A stretch of DNA of 64,000 nucleotides. Source: Octopus vulgaris (taxonomy: Eukaryota). The notes beneath the pieces are model-generated. The model did not search any database and was not told the DNA's origin. It saw only the letters and a list, made by a program, of their open reading frames with translations. The stretch lies in NCBI GenBank assembly GCA_951406725.2, contig OX597815.1, positions 181,536,001-181,600,000 on the forward strand, written 5' to 3'. The translations under genes and the position numbers were made by a program. Below, piece after piece: positions 25,078-39,266 of the stretch (the first letter of the stretch is position 1; the number at the start of each line of letters is the position of its first letter).

Positions 25078-26290
25078 CAGATGTGTGATATATATATGAA
25101 TACACCTACAAATGTGCTTATCATCTTATCTATATAGATATTGGCTCCTTTATTTTGTTTATACATTAACATTGCTATCGTTAAGCTTTCAGGCTATATT
25201 ATTAAATTTTTAAGCAATAAACTTAAAGTGTTGAACGTTTCTGGGGGAAACCCACACGACATTAATTCCACAAATTCAATCCTCAGACGGAGCAGCTAGA
25301 AATTGAGAGGATTTTCGGAAGCTTAGACTGTCATTCGACTGAATACGAGTCATATAAATTTCAATCAAGCAGCTTTGTTCATTTAAATGTTTGATCATAA
25401 ATAATGCAGAGCATTCCATTATCGAGAAGAGCTGCCTCTTTAACCCTAACTGCGGACGAACTATCTCTCCCGTATTTCTAGTATATCAAGAAACTTCTAA
25501 TACTCACTTCGATATCAACGATGCTGTGTAGATGATACCACGCGTTATTTCACGTTACCTTTACACAGCCGTGTGTCATCCGTACGCAACCCACACAACA
25601 CTAACCTGAACTGCCCTTATGAACGGGAAGGGAATCTCCAAAACACATATCCTCTATTCGTAACTGAGAAGGCAGTCTCTTTGAAAAGCAACACAGTTGC
25701 TTCAAATACCAAAGAAAAGTGTTTCCCCCGCACCAATACAACACAACGCCAATACACAAATAACATCCTTAAAGTTGCTACAAATGCTAGGCCTCACACT
25801 ATCTGATGTTCTCTCGTTGGCCTTTTACACGCATATCATTGCCGTAAATGCTGTACAAATATTATGCTTCCTTTCCAGTGTCAAAAAAACATGTGCTACA
25901 TGTATATATATATATATGTCGTGTGGGTTTTGGTCCCCTAAAGAAAACAGATAGAACATGCTTTCTACGTTATGTCCCAAGAAGAATTTATATATTTTTA
26001 TATATTTTTTATGTATTTTTATATAATTTTTATGACGAAAAATGCGAGCGATGTATAAGTACGCAGGCAAGCAGAGTTATAACAGAGTAATTTCCCTTTA
26101 TTTAACGGTATTTTTTCATAACGTTTTCAAATAGCCAGATAACCGAAGAGATGGTGTTGTGGATTTCCACTTCGGCATCTGTCAAGTTTTTTCTTGACTA
26201 CCGAGTAATGTAACATATTGTATAGATAAATTTCCTCTATTTACATAATATTGAGGTCTCTTTCTTTCTTTTGTTATCTTACCGTTTTAT

Positions 26291-26370
<80 letters not shown>

Positions 26371-26636
26371 AAGAAAGTTAGAGGTTGTGAATCTAACCAA
26401 CTAAAAGATAATATCTATCCAATATACTGCTGGTAGAATACCCAATTATTAATACACAAGTGTTTTTATTGAATTGAAATTACATTACCGAATGTACTAA
26501 ATGGGTGAAGGTAAAGAGCTATTTTACCATTAATTTATATAGCAATAAGAAAATGGAGGGAATCAATACGTGGTTCATCAACTTTTAGACATTATGTCTA
26601 TTTAAATAAATAAATTAACACTATAAATTGACGTGC

Positions 26637-26708
<72 letters not shown>

Positions 26709-26716
26709 ACGTTTTA

Positions 26717-26767
<51 letters not shown>

Positions 26768-26799
26768 CCAGATAATTCTTACATCATAGAAGGAGCTTT

Positions 26800-27985
26800 G
26801 ATTTCTATGTAAAGGTTTGCAAGTGGCAGCAGAGAAAGAGAATTCTCAGTTATAATATTCGGAACGTGTTAACGCTACAGAAAAAGGATGTCAACAAACG
26901 GTTTATTAAAGATAATTTCCAATTCATAAGCCAGTTAAATGCAGAGTCTAAGATTTTACACTAGGCATTGGCAAAGAGATTGGCGCTTATCATCGTTGTT
27001 TTGGTCGAGGAAGTATATACCCGTGCGATCTCCAGTAGATCCATCTACAGCAGCTTCCACCTGATGCGATGCATTATGCAGCAAGCGGAAAACAAATCTG
27101 GCACTTCTAAGTCGAAAGAGTTTGACAGGGTCCACCATCGCTACTTGATAGCTGTCCCAGAAGCGATCAAATTCGAACTCGTTTCGAAAGGCTGAATCAC
27201 TCCAATATAGAGTGGTACTTGCTGAGTGGTCAAAGCGAACGTCCAAATGGGCAGAGATGAAGCTGTTATTGAAAGATGGACCGGGCATTGATGAGCGTGC
27301 GACATCTCCAAGGCCTCTTTCATGGTAAACAGGTGTAGTTGCCGTTTGTCAGTCTCACATTTTCACAACTGATCTCTTTGACGAAATTGCAGACCTGGAT
27401 CCAGTTGTAGATTGAAACCGGGCACCTGATACATAGACTGTCACCAGGCGCCCATAGCTCACTGCTCCACCATAGCGTTCTACAGGGAATTAGTGACAAG
27501 CAAATGTGGCGATATCCTTAGAGAGATTCGGAGCGTTGACAAAAATTAATTGGCTTGTCTGTCCCGGGGGAATTTCGGTCCAGATCCCACAGCTGATTTC
27601 CAGAAATCCTTAATCTGTCAGTTCTACTGGCATGGTAGTGTCGACAGCCGGGATGCATACACAAGACAGAACTTCCCTGCACTTTTTTGAACAGGGCCTG
27701 AGCATTGCTGTTTTTTGAAGTTAATGCCAAACATTTGTCTCTCATGCGCCAAATGAGTCCATCTATCAGCCGCTTCCAGGTTGAAGGTCGCATCACCACC
27801 TTCCTTTGGTCACAAAAGACAGACAGTTTTCGCCCGTTTATCTGGTAGCTATGGAAAAAGAGGATGTGTGGCATATATGATACAAAGAACTCAAAAGAGA
27901 CATTATCTGCTTCGGCCAATGTAATCGTCTATCCGATCCTTCCAACCACCACAAATTGTTGAACTTTGGCGAAAGTTTGAAAGAA
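26800..27985 (+). pseudogene. Highly decayed, internally deleted Tx1-clade ORF2 (RT N-terminal part + C-terminal part)
   Basis: By-eye translation DNFQFISQLNAESKIL..ALAKRL...SRSI...HLMR...SKEFDRVHHRYL resembles the L1/Tx1 RT motifs RPITLLN..KIL..LA.RL and KAFDRV.H. Later stretches RHLQ...KQV*LPFV...QLISLTKLQTWI, AFYRELV, FGPD..DFQKSL and PPSF...LVAMEKEDVW align to the ORF at 1645-3003. Confidence 0.8.
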
Positions 27986-27999
27986 ATCTTATTATTATT

Positions 28000-28417
28000 A
28001 AGGCGGCAAGCTGGCAGAAACGTTAACACGCTGGGCGAAATGCTTTGCGGTATTTCGTCTGCCGTTCCGTTCTGAGTTCAAATTCCGCCGAGGTCGACTT
28101 TGCCTTTCGTCCTTTCGGGGTCGATTAAATAAGTACCAGTTACGCACTGGAGTCGATATAATCGACTTAACCCGTTTGTCTCTCCTTGTTTGTCCCTTCT
28201 ATGTTTAGCCCTTTGTGGGTAGTAAAGAAATAGGTATTTCGTCTGTCTTCACGTTCTGAGTTCAAATTCCGCCGAGGTCGACTTTGCCTTTCATCCTTTC
28301 GAGGTCGATTAAATAAGTACCAGTTACGCACTGGGGTCGATATAATCGACTTAATCCGTTTGTGTGTCCTTGTTTGTCCCCTCTATGTTTAGCCCCTTGT
28401 GGGCAATAAAAAAACAA
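28000..28417 (+). mobile_element. SINE family A dimer, abutting an older tail-C copy (28419-28625)
   Basis: Head+core+tail, junction gaaata|ggtatttcgtctg at about 28232, then a second core+tail. After that gaaacgatag... resumes a decayed SINE head. Confidence 0.92.
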
Positions 28418-29363
28418 GAAACGATAGTGAATCGAACAAAATTGCTTAGCGGCATATTGTTCGAGCGTTCTACGTTTGGCGTTCAAACACATCCGAGGTT
28501 AATATTTTGCTGTTCACGCTTTTGCAGTCAATGAAATAAAGTGCCAGTCGAGTACTGAGGTTGATGTTAACGATTATTCACCCCCTCTTTGAATTGCTGA
28601 TCTTGTGCCAAAGTTTGACACCATTTTTATTTTTATTATCATCACCATCAGCGCTATGGCTGATGTTGTTGCCGATAATTTTGAATGTTTTTTTTCCACG
28701 TTCGATTAGTGTAAATATTGATTTATCGCCAACTTATTTATGAAATTTTTCTTCAAAGTGTCAGTTAACATGAATTCAATAATTCACGTTAAGAAAGTTG
28801 AGATGAATTTAAAATTTATATCCATAAGCGGCGATGAGGTTTTTTTTTTATGTAATAATGGAAGTGGCGTGAACATTCTTAGTGTTAACGAGGATACATA
28901 TATGTACGCACACGAACATTTGTAAACAAACAAGACCTGCTACCGGGTGTACAGAGAGCACTAGAAGAGTTCACGGACACTACAGATATATAGATATGTA
29001 AACATACATACATACATACACACATACATACATACATACATACATACATACATACATACATACATACATACATGCATACATATATACATATTAATTCTTT
29101 CTGTTTCCTCACCTACTGTCATTTATCAGTTATCTTGGTGCTTTACGGTGGCTTAAGACTTTACCTATTATTTCTAGCAGGTTGATGCTTTTCGGCATCT
29201 TTACGCTTCGTGCAAATTTTGTATATTATAGCTTGATAATGCTATTTGCCTGCGATCCACCTATGTCACTGCTGTTGATATCATCAGTTTTAGATTTTAT
29301 CCACAGATGATATTAACAGTAGTGACATCTGATTTCAATTGTCAGTGTTTGAATGTTTTGTTC

Positions 29364-29424
<61 letters not shown>

Positions 29425-29522
29425 TGTGTGTGTGTACGTACATACACGCATATTAATGCTTATTAATTTGAATCAATCTTAAGGTTACTCCATACTTTTG
29501 CAGAGTACAAATATATCATTTT

Positions 29523-29871
29523 GAAGTATATTTGCCACTTGAATGTGGCTAACCACTAAGGGTGGATGCTACTGTAAGCTTGTAGCTCCAGGAGAACATC
29601 TTCTCCAGCTGTCTATTGACAGACTTTCTGTGCCCTATCGGCATTTGCAAAGGGAAGCAATCGTGCGCTGACGACGGGTAAATACTCAGAAACTCGGGTC
29701 CGTGCGTATCACGTCAGGTCGACGATGGGAATGATGGCTTCCCTTTGCAAATACTGATAGGGCACAGAAAGTGTGTCAATAGCCAGCCGGAGAAGATGTT
29801 CTCCTGGGGCTACAAGCTACAGTAGCATCCACCCTTAATGGTTAGCCACATTTACGTGCTAAATATACTTC
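29523..29871. repeat. Long inverted repeat (about 135-bp arms)
   Basis: gaagtatattt...tgtggctaacca.taagggtggatgctactgta...ccaggagaacatcttctcc...ctttctgtgccctatc...tttgcaaagggaagc is mirrored at 29735-29871. Confidence 0.9.
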
Positions 29872-30492
29872 ACGTTGTCGTGCAGCTACTGTTTATACCT
29901 CGTTCAGAGGTTTATTGTAAATATGTTATTCTTTGAAAAGAATTGTAATGACAGTGACTTGAAGATACGTTCAGCTGAACCTTATCCTCGGAGGCATAAA
30001 TTAACCTTGGTTTTATATGGAATCAGTTGAGAGGAAATTTTTCTGGTGTTTCTCGGGATTGAAATGAAATGAAAATTGGTTTCTACGGTGAGCTGTAATG
30101 GCAAGGTGTTGCGGAGAATTTCTTATCGATTAACTTTGGGATTATTTTTGCCCAGAAATTATTTATGCGCGTAAAACTTTTAAAACAGGTGTGCATATTT
30201 AAGTGTGTTAGCTTTAGGTCATTAGCTTATGTTTCAATTTGTCTATGGAAAGGTAGTTCGTAGGTAGAGGAGGTTTTGTGGTCAGCGGATGTATCATCAG
30301 TTTTAATTATTTCTCTTTTATTGGACTTATCCTTTACGTTGGCAATGTAAGGCTCAAAGTTTAGTCCAGAATTTAAAATCTTAGCAATTGGGTATGTCAG
30401 ATTATTGTAATGTACTTTCTAAGGGTTCATAAACTTACGTGGTATTTTTTAGCTGACTAGAGAATCAGTTCCTTGATCTGGTCGGGAGTTAT

Positions 30493-30586
30493 TTCGGTCC
30501 AGGGTCTATGGATAATCAGCAGAAATTCTTGGCCTGGCAGTGCTACCGGAGAATTTTTGGTTCGAGATATACTCTACAGGCATAGC
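30493..30586 (+). pseudogene. Small decayed Tx1 ORF2 fragment
   Basis: FGPGSMDNQQKFLAWQCYR.../VRDILYRHS aligns with [32 protein letters not shown] of the 1645-3003 ORF. Confidence 0.8.
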
Positions 30587-30844
30587 AGTATAAAATAATT
30601 AGTTCTAGCATTATTCTCACAATTCTAAAGACACTCTTCTTTCAGAGAATTTTTGACAAAGGCTGGTAGAATTCTCGAAAGTAATTTGCTTTTCAAAATA
30701 ATAATTATTTTTCTCATGAGATTCAAACACAATTACAATTTATAATATCTGAAATATATTTATAGAAATTTTTATTAAAAAATACCCATTTTTTGCGAAC
30801 GTTATCAAGAAACTAAGTCAACACGTGTAAATTATCCGGAACTC

Positions 30845-30888
<44 letters not shown>

Positions 30889-31407
30889 CGAGTTTTGCAA
30901 CAAATTTTGATATAATTGTAATACATACCTTATGAAACGTTTTGGTAGAAAATGTTATAAACTTTGCAGTATTCTGAAGTTATGCAGTATAGACAGATAC
31001 GTTATAAAATGCTATCTTGCAATGCAATATAACAAACTTGCAGTGAAATTATATTATTTTTCTGTAGTTGAAATCTTCAACAATAGAATTTACGTTTTAA
31101 GCCAGATTGAAAGACATATTTTAATGAAATTATATAAAAATTGGAATTTCTAAGAATTTTCTTGACAGTGTACACATCAGTATAGAACACATGTAACACC
31201 AACCGGTTATGTTAAGAGCTACTTCATTCGTTCGTTTGCTCTCGCGTACGTATACATGTGTGTGTGTGTCTGTACGCACGCGTAAGTATGTTTAGGTGTG
31301 GCGATGACACGAGCTGAAAAATCGGAATCAAAACATGAGAAAATACACGTACACACACAAAAACAAACACATACACACACACACACATGCATTTATTTAT
31401 TGATAGT

Positions 31408-31523
31408 CGGCATAAACTCTCGGTCCTTTCGTCACTTTGTAACTTCTGTAAATTAAATGTTTTGTGTGAATACCTACATACATTCACACATACATACATA
31501 CCTACCTACCTACATACATACAT

Positions 31524-31566
<43 letters not shown>

Positions 31567-31695
31567 ACGGCATAAACTCTCGGTCCTTTTGTCACTTTGT
31601 AACTTCTGTAAATTAAATGTTTTGTGTGAATACCTACATACATTCACACATACATACCTACCTACATACATACATACATACATACATACATACAT

Positions 31696-31753
<58 letters not shown>

Positions 31754-31803
31754 ACACATATATAACGGCATAAACTCTCGGCCCTTGAGTCACTTTGTAA
31801 CTA
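31408..31803 (+). repeat. Local tandem duplication (two units + partial third), each unit ending in microsatellites
   Basis: cggcataaactctcggtccttt.gtcactttgtaact starts at about 31408, 31568 and 31767. Confidence 0.9.
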
Positions 31804-32652
31804 CTGCCGATTAAATGCCTTTTCTAACGCTCAGTTTGATTATTGTAACCAGTCAGAAACTTATATACTCTAGAAAAACGCTAAGACAGACATTGAAATT
31901 TTCTTAGATTTCCTATTGGTGACAGGGTTTTAAGCGACCTTGTGTAATTCCATCGACCTGGTGTCATATTCGACTATTATTCTTTCACGAAATATGCACG
32001 TGATTTCTTTTGCGTAATGGAAGAAGAGACCAAAGCCTCCTACAACACAGCTAATTTATCAATTAATGTATCAGCGTTTTTCCGTTGACAATATCTCTGA
32101 ATTAATGAGATTTTTATATGAGAATAAAATGAGAAAGCTTGCACCAAACTATAAATTAACAACAATCACCTCGCATTATAATCATCGTTTGTGTTGTTTT
32201 CATCTAATCAGAAAAAGATCTTCTTTAATCGTAATGCTTCATGTGTTTCTTTTTTCAAATATCATTTACTATTTCTGCATTTCAAAAGTTTTAGTATTGT
32301 TGTAAAACAAGGAATAAATACAGAACAGCGTGGCAGTTACAATTTCCGGTTGCAGATATTTCAATTCATTTCTCCACCAACTAATGTGATGCAGACATAC
32401 ACCCCAAAGTCTAGAACATGTATATATATATATATATATATATATTTGAGTAGTTGAATGAATTATCTTATTAAGGATAATTCGAATTAACCGATACCTG
32501 GGTAGCAAATTCACATCAGAAAAAACACGGTTGAAGTAACGTGCCTAGGGTATAGATTACGTGCTTTCGTGAGGAAATTTGTATGTTTATTTTAAAAATA
32601 TATAAATATATGAAAGAATGGAGCTGAACGACGAATTAACAAAATTCCTTTA

Positions 32653-32735
32653 TTTTCGACATATGTTTCGAAGGCTGCATATTCCTAATTGCGAAGGAAT
32701 AAGGAGTACATTATGTCGCTTTCTCATCAGGAAAA
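32653..32735 (-). ncRNA. Candidate type I hammerhead ribozyme, fully canonical core
   Basis: ttttc-CTGATGA-gaaagc...gccttc-GAAAC-atat-GTC-gaaaa: 5-bp helix I, palindromic helix III ACATATGT, GUC triplet. Confidence 0.75.
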
Positions 32736-32806
32736 GCAAGGAACTTATGTCAACATCAAAATGCACAAAAAACTTTTAGATGATTGCTCACACGGAGCCC
32801 ATAGCG

Positions 32807-32860
<54 letters not shown>

Positions 32861-34030
32861 TTTATGTGTATGTGCGTTAATGTATGTCTACATGCCTACA
32901 TACAGTGATTAAAATCATCGTGCATTTCTTTTACAGACCAATTTGGAATCTCAACAGAAATTAATTCTCTTCAAATGAAAAATTGCATGCATGTCACACA
33001 TCTCATCTCCTTTCTCTTTATTTTTAATATTTTATTTGATCCTTTAGGAGACTTAATTTTTACCATTTATAAAACTTGTTTATATTTGAATAACTCACGT
33101 AGCATATTTCTGAAACTCTTTTACTAATAAATTCTGTTAGTTGTAGAGGATACTAATTTTTTTTTTATAGTTAAGCATAATTAATTCCACCAGCAGTGGT
33201 TTGTATACAGATTTCGTTTTATCAAGAAGATTTTGTTACGGCAAGGCAGAAATTTGACACAAGTAGTAAAATGTTCATCAACGCAGGCCTTCCCAAACAT
33301 TTTGTATTGCTACCTTCTTCAAATAAATAAATAAATAAATAAATGCACACAATATTCTTATTCAAGTCAGCCGTTTGCAATTTTTGCTTGAAAAAGCAGA
33401 CGCACAAAATCTACTTTAGGAAATTGTTTCCCAAATTTCTTGTCGGAAGAAACACTGTCCTTGAGACAATTGATTTGTCTAAGAAATACCTTATTCAGGG
33501 AAACTAAATTATATAGATTTTTATTCGGGAAATAGGCAACTAAGAGTGAAAGGAAAATATATTCGCATATATTTAATTGTAATAAATACGTATTTTGTCG
33601 TTCAACAAAAATAATTCGGTAACTTTTTTTTCGGCCGAGAATTCCAATAAATAAAAGACACCAGTAGGTATTCATTTTAAAAAATTCAAATTCACAATCA
33701 ATGTTGTTAATATAGAATATTGAAAAAATAATGCAAAAATTATACAGAAACTTTTTTCTTAAAATAAAAGGAAAAAAATTAACTCAAAAGTATCGTTTTC
33801 TCTGGAGAGAAATCGAATTCAAAATTAGCGTTAATATAAAATATTGAAGAAAATCTTTTTCCCCCCGGCAAAAATAGTACCGAACTTCGAAGGAGCCCTG
33901 ATAAATGTTTTAATAAAACGATGAATAATAACGAATATAATTAGAACTACTTTCGAGCATGATGACGATTGCTCTACGTGTTGCATTCCATCATAAGCTG
34001 CTTAAGTTCAGTTGCCATTACAGAATCATT

Positions 34031-34327
34031 GTGGAGGCACATGGTCTAGTAGTTAAAGCAGCGGACTCGCGGTCGAGGGATCGCGAGTTCGAATCTTAGA
34101 CCGGGTGGTGTGTGTGTTTATGAGCGAAACACCTAAGCTCTACGCGGCTCCGGTAGAAGGTAATGGCGAACTTCTGCTAAATCTTTCGCCACAACTTTCT
34201 CTCACTCTTTTCTCCTGCATCTTGTAGCTCACCTGCGACCCGTTCAGGTGGGGAACCTATACGCCAAAGAAACCATGAAACCGGCCCTTATGAGCCAGAG
34301 ATGGCTCGAGAAGGAACAAACAACAAA
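34031..34327 (+). mobile_element. tRNA-derived SINE group B
   Basis: A-box tggtctagtagtt and B-box gagttcgaatct; ends in (caa)n. 17-bp TSD cattacagaatcattgt at 34016-34032 and 34328-34344. Confidence 0.9.
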
Positions 34328-34667
34328 CATTACAGAATCATTGTCCTTCATCAAAGTTTTGAAAAGACCTCGTCAGTTTATTCTTTTATCAGTTTGTTCC
34401 CAGATGACGACTCATCTGGTAGGCAACTCTGAGTATTTCAGACACTCTGGCAAACTGCAGACCTTTTTCCTGCTAGCATTTTGGTCAACTGAGAATGATC
34501 GACGTGGAGTTTCATATCGATTACTTTCTCTATGCAACGGACACTTGAGGCCATCCTGACTTCTGAGGGGAACCATGGGTCGAATGAAATACCAATTTTT
34601 GCATAAGTAAAATAAGACTGTCTCAATTGCTGCTATCAAGGTTCTCTTCTTGATTGGTCCCTTTTTT

Positions 34668-35038
34668 TTTTTACTTGTTTCAGTCATTTTGACTGCGGTC
34701 ATGCTGAAGCACCACCTTTTTAGTCCAGCAAATCGACCCCAGGACTTATTCTTTGCAAGCCTAGTACTTATTCTATCGGTCTCTTTTACCGAACCACTAA
34801 GTTACGGGGACGTAAACACATCAGCATCGGTTGTCAAGCGATGTTGGGGACACACACATACATATATAAATATACGACGGGCTTCTTTAAGTTTCCGTCT
34901 ACCAAATCCACTCAAAAGGCTTTGGTCGACCCGAGACTATAGTAGAAGACACTTGCCCAAGGCGTCACGCAGTGGGACTGAACCCGGAACCATTTGTTTG
35001 GTAAGCAAGCTACTTGCCACACAGCCACTCCTGTGCCC
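34668..35038 (-). mobile_element. tRNA-derived SINE family C
   Basis: Minus-strand head gcacaggagtggctgtgtggc...ccgggttcagtccc; colinear with 38352-38780. Confidence 0.9.
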
Positions 35039-37131
35039 GTGAAATTAAACTAAATATTTTACAATCAAAACTTTAGAGTTCACTGAGTCCTGGTCTCATT
35101 GTGTCGACTTTTCTCCTATTCTTCCGTCATCGATTAAAGAAAAAGCAGCCGCATATTATTGATTTCTAACCTCAGTAGTTCAAACATTCTGTAAAATAAA
35201 TGAATCTTTTAAACCAAATCCAGTACTTGGCAGGTACTTATTTTAACCCTAGTGGTATTATATAAACACAGAATGTTAAAGGATGGAACTGAATACCGCA
35301 AGGTATTTAATCTATCACTCTACCACTCCGCTCTTGTAAAAAAAATGGATGTACAGTATTTCACCCGATCCCTTTTATGATAACTAGTTAAGCATCGAAG
35401 TCGGTTTCAGTTTATCGTGCTTCTTCCTCGTGTAAAATTGGTCTCAGTGTGAATAGATTGAATTCCAGTAGCATTACTGTATGAAAGTAGTATTATGTAT
35501 AGGTAGCGATTTTCTTCAATACTTCAGGGAGTGACGACCCTGCCTGACACGAGTCCCGGGCTCAGCTGGCTCTGACAGTAACCGGTATGGGCCCCTATCC
35601 AGGGTTACGGAAAGGAGACAACCTTCAAAGAAATCCGGAGTGGAGCCCCGTAGACGGTTTAGTGTTCGACTCGACACTCTTCCGGCAGCTCCTGCAACCA
35701 AGCTGGTGCCAAACGTAATGCTCTGCACTCCTTTGGACTATGTCAGCAAGGTCGAGAGAAGAATCCTGACGATTGGGCTACCCAGGATTTTCTTACATCT
35801 AGCCCAGGCTTGCGCAAAACTGGAGAAGACATGAAATGTAAAAACTAGACTGGATTAGTTTATGCACAACTCCATTGTCTCCCGAGACAAAAGGATGCCA
35901 ACAACTGTATGAAAGGCTGTGCTGCACTGTCTAAACTGTGCAACCATTTGGAATCGTCATAGAGGTAAGTAACTTATACACTGCCTTTAGTTTGATTCGA
36001 TTCTCTACTGCCCCAGTCTTATTTACTGCTTTGTGTGGCTAGTATCTAAACTACCCAATCTGTCAGCCACCAACTAATATTTAAACGATAGAAAGCACCG
36101 ATATCCGAACCAGACAAGTACTACATTATCAGCAAATAGGCTAATATCCTTACGCAGACGCAAATGCTCCATTATATATGAAATCAATGAATTTAATTCT
36201 CAAAAAAGTTCCAAATTACATAGATATAAAGATGTGCCGTATGAGAGTAGGACATCAGTGTAGGAGAGATAAGAAGCATAAACAGTTTGGCAGTAGAATG
36301 TTCCTTTATGGAGATAAATGGTTTACATAATCTTTTTATTACACATAATAGATGTATTCGTAAATGCAGAAGTAGAAAAGATGAACAAGCTTTTTTGTTT
36401 CATAAACTGAATTTGGTTCTAAGCCATCCTGAGAACTCCACGTAAATGCAAATGTATTGATAATTCTCATGCTAGGTCTTTTAGAAAACCCATCTTGTAT
36501 CTACTCCAATTAAGATTAAATAATCAAGCACAATGTTTTTCCAAGTGTAGCCTGGAGAGTTATGCACGATATCGTATCAGGAACACTTGAAAACTTATCG
36601 ATATTAGTACTCTATTATCGTTCAATAGACATTAATTTTCTATATTTGAAGAAAAACCCCGTAGACAGACGAATCACACGTCTTGCTTTAAAAGTAAGAA
36701 ACAGCGAAACGCATTTCGAAAATATATTTTGTCACAGAAAACATTAAACCTCGTAGTTCGTCGCAAATAAAATGAAGGATAATGTCTGACAAAAGTAAAT
36801 TCATGGATAAAATTACTCACGAGAAAAGATGATCAACAGAAAGGCGGTATTAGATGAGAACTCTTAGTGCATGTGTTTGTGCGCATAATGCTTTTTTTAT
36901 TATTATTTAGAATGTGTCCTTTTTATCTAAGCCTGCATTATAACTGAATTTGTAAATTATGAAGAAATCGTTCGAAGTAACCCATAGCAGTTGATCGCAA
37001 ATATCTTTATTGTGATATGATACATTACTAGCATTTCACAGATGACATTAGACTCCAGAACCAACCACAAGCAAATCTCACCAGTCCAATCTCTTCTAAT
37101 CTGGTTGGAGCGGATTCACGAAGCAATGTGC

Positions 37132-37535
37132 TATTTCTTTATTGCCCACAAGGGACTAAACACAGAGAGGACGAACAAGGACAGACAAAACGGATTAAGT
37201 CGATTATATCGACCCCAGTGCGTAACTGGTACTTATTTAATCGACCCCGAAAGGATGAAAGGCTAGGTTGACCTCGGCGGAATTTGAAATCAGAACGTAG
37301 CGGCAGACGAACTATCTATTATTTACTACCCACATGGGGCTAAACACAGAAGGGACAAGCAAGAACAGACAAACGGATTAAGTCGATTATATCGACCCCA
37401 GTGAGTAACTGGTACTTATGTAATCGACCCCGAAAGGATGAAAGGCAAAGTCGACCTCGGCGGAATTTGAACTCAGAACGTAAGGGCAGACGAAATACCG
37501 CTAAGGATTTCACCCGGGTGCAAACGTTTCTGCTG
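37132..37535 (-). mobile_element. SINE family A dimer
   Basis: Two reverse-complement core+tail A units joined near 37312. Confidence 0.9.
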
Positions 37536-38351
37536 GTATCCAACATCTTCTGAAAGCCGTTCTATGTACGTCTTATACGTCTTCCAGCCGTTGTGCTCCC
37601 ATGATTTGGTGTCCACAGCAACACATTACTCACAAAATTCTTGTGCCTAATATTTACATATTATTTATAACTTTATGTGTGTGTTTTGAGATATTCCAAA
37701 GCAGAATTATTTCACCTTCTCTTGAAAGTTCATAAAATTTTTATTTACATTTTAGTTTCCGGGATGCTCTGTGTTGATATCATTAATATATCAATATAGA
37801 GGAAAACAGGCAATTATTATTTATAAAACCATGATACTATCAGTTGAAAACATTACGGTTCTGAATATAACAGAAAAGTTAATGTTTTCATATATTTATG
37901 AAGGTGATATTCCATATGGTGCACCTGATATGCACTGGCATTCTTATCGATTTCACCAGAACTATTGCATAATTACGATATTCCTTCTGTCATGATAACA
38001 ATATATTGTTATTGACATTTTCCCAAAATCTAAATTTAAATGTGGCACATATCAAGTTGTAAGATCTAAAAGATTGTATGCGACATATATTCATCAATAT
38101 GTCACTGACAACTGAAACACAAGATATAGCCATTCAGTATCTAAACAGCATTCTCCTTCGATTATTGATAAACATTTATTTTTCAGTAACAATTATTATT
38201 CTGATAAGAATATTGTTTTATTCCGTTCTTAGCTTTAGTCGTTGGGTTTCGTCTAGATTAGGACGTCACCTTCAAGGATTTTAGTCGGATATATCTACGC
38301 TGATATTTCTTTCAGCCTCTACTTTATAGATCTGTAGCTTACCGCATCGGT

Positions 38352-38780
38352 ATACTCTTTACTCTTTTTACTCTTTTACTTGTTTCAGTCATTTGATTGC
38401 GGCCATGCTGGAGCACCGCCTTTAATCGAGCAACTCGACCCCGGGACTCATTCTTTTTGTAAGCCCAGTACCTATTCTATCGGTCTCTTTTGCCGAACCG
38501 CTAAGTAACGGGGACATAAACACACCAGCATCAGTTGTCAAGCAATGCTAGGGGGACAAACACAGACACACAAACACAGATACACAAACACACACATGCA
38601 TATATATACATATATACGACGGGCTTCTTTCGGTTTCCGTCTACCAAATCCACTCACAAGGCTTTGGTCGGCCCGAGGCTATAGTAGAAGACGTTTGCCC
38701 AAGGTGCCACGCAGTGGGACTGAACTCGGAACCATGTGGTTGGTAAGCAAGCTACTTACCACACAGCCACTCCTGCGCCT
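38352..38780 (-). mobile_element. tRNA-derived SINE family C, full length
   Basis: Head aggcgcaggagtggctgtgtggtaag...gagttcagtccc, internal (GT)n-like tract, and a 3' tail of repeated gtaaaaga(gtaaaaaga) units. Confidence 0.9.
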
Positions 38781-38991
38781 ATATGTTACAGTATGTTACA
38801 GTATTCGATAGAATCATGTCTCCAACACCAAGCATAAGCATCACACATGCACGCACACGCACACACACACACACACACGACACAACACACGCACATACAA
38901 CATATATAAGCACATACATATATGTTCGTAAACACACACAGATGATGGAACTGGAACTCTGTATTTGCCTTAGCGAACGTCTCAGCCACAT

Positions 38992-39266
38992 CACCATTTA
39001 CGCACTGGGGTCTGTGTAATCGACTTAATCCGTTTGTCTGTCCTTGTTTGTCCCCTCTGTGTTTAGCCCCTTGTGGGTAGTAAAGAAATAGGTATTTCGT
39101 CTGTTTTTTTCAAATTCCGCCGAGGTCTACTTTGCCTTTCATCCCTTTTGGGGTCGATAAATTAAGTACCAGTTACACACTGGGGTCGATGTAATCGACT
39201 TGATCCCTTTGTCTGTCCTTGTTTGTCCCCTCTGTATTTAGCCCCTTGCGGGCAATAAAGAAATAA
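38992..39266 (+). mobile_element. 5'-truncated SINE family A dimer under one TSD
   Basis: Junction gaaata|ggtatttcgtctg at 39090. 17-bp TSD gaacgtctcagccacat at 38975-38991 and 39267-39283. Confidence 0.9.

Noticed and set aside
34033-34105. Functional tRNA genes at SINE heads (also 40613, 59553)
   Set aside because: A/B boxes are present, but I could not fold a complete cloverleaf and there is no oligo-T terminator. Each continues into a repeat body, with TSDs at 34033 and 40613.
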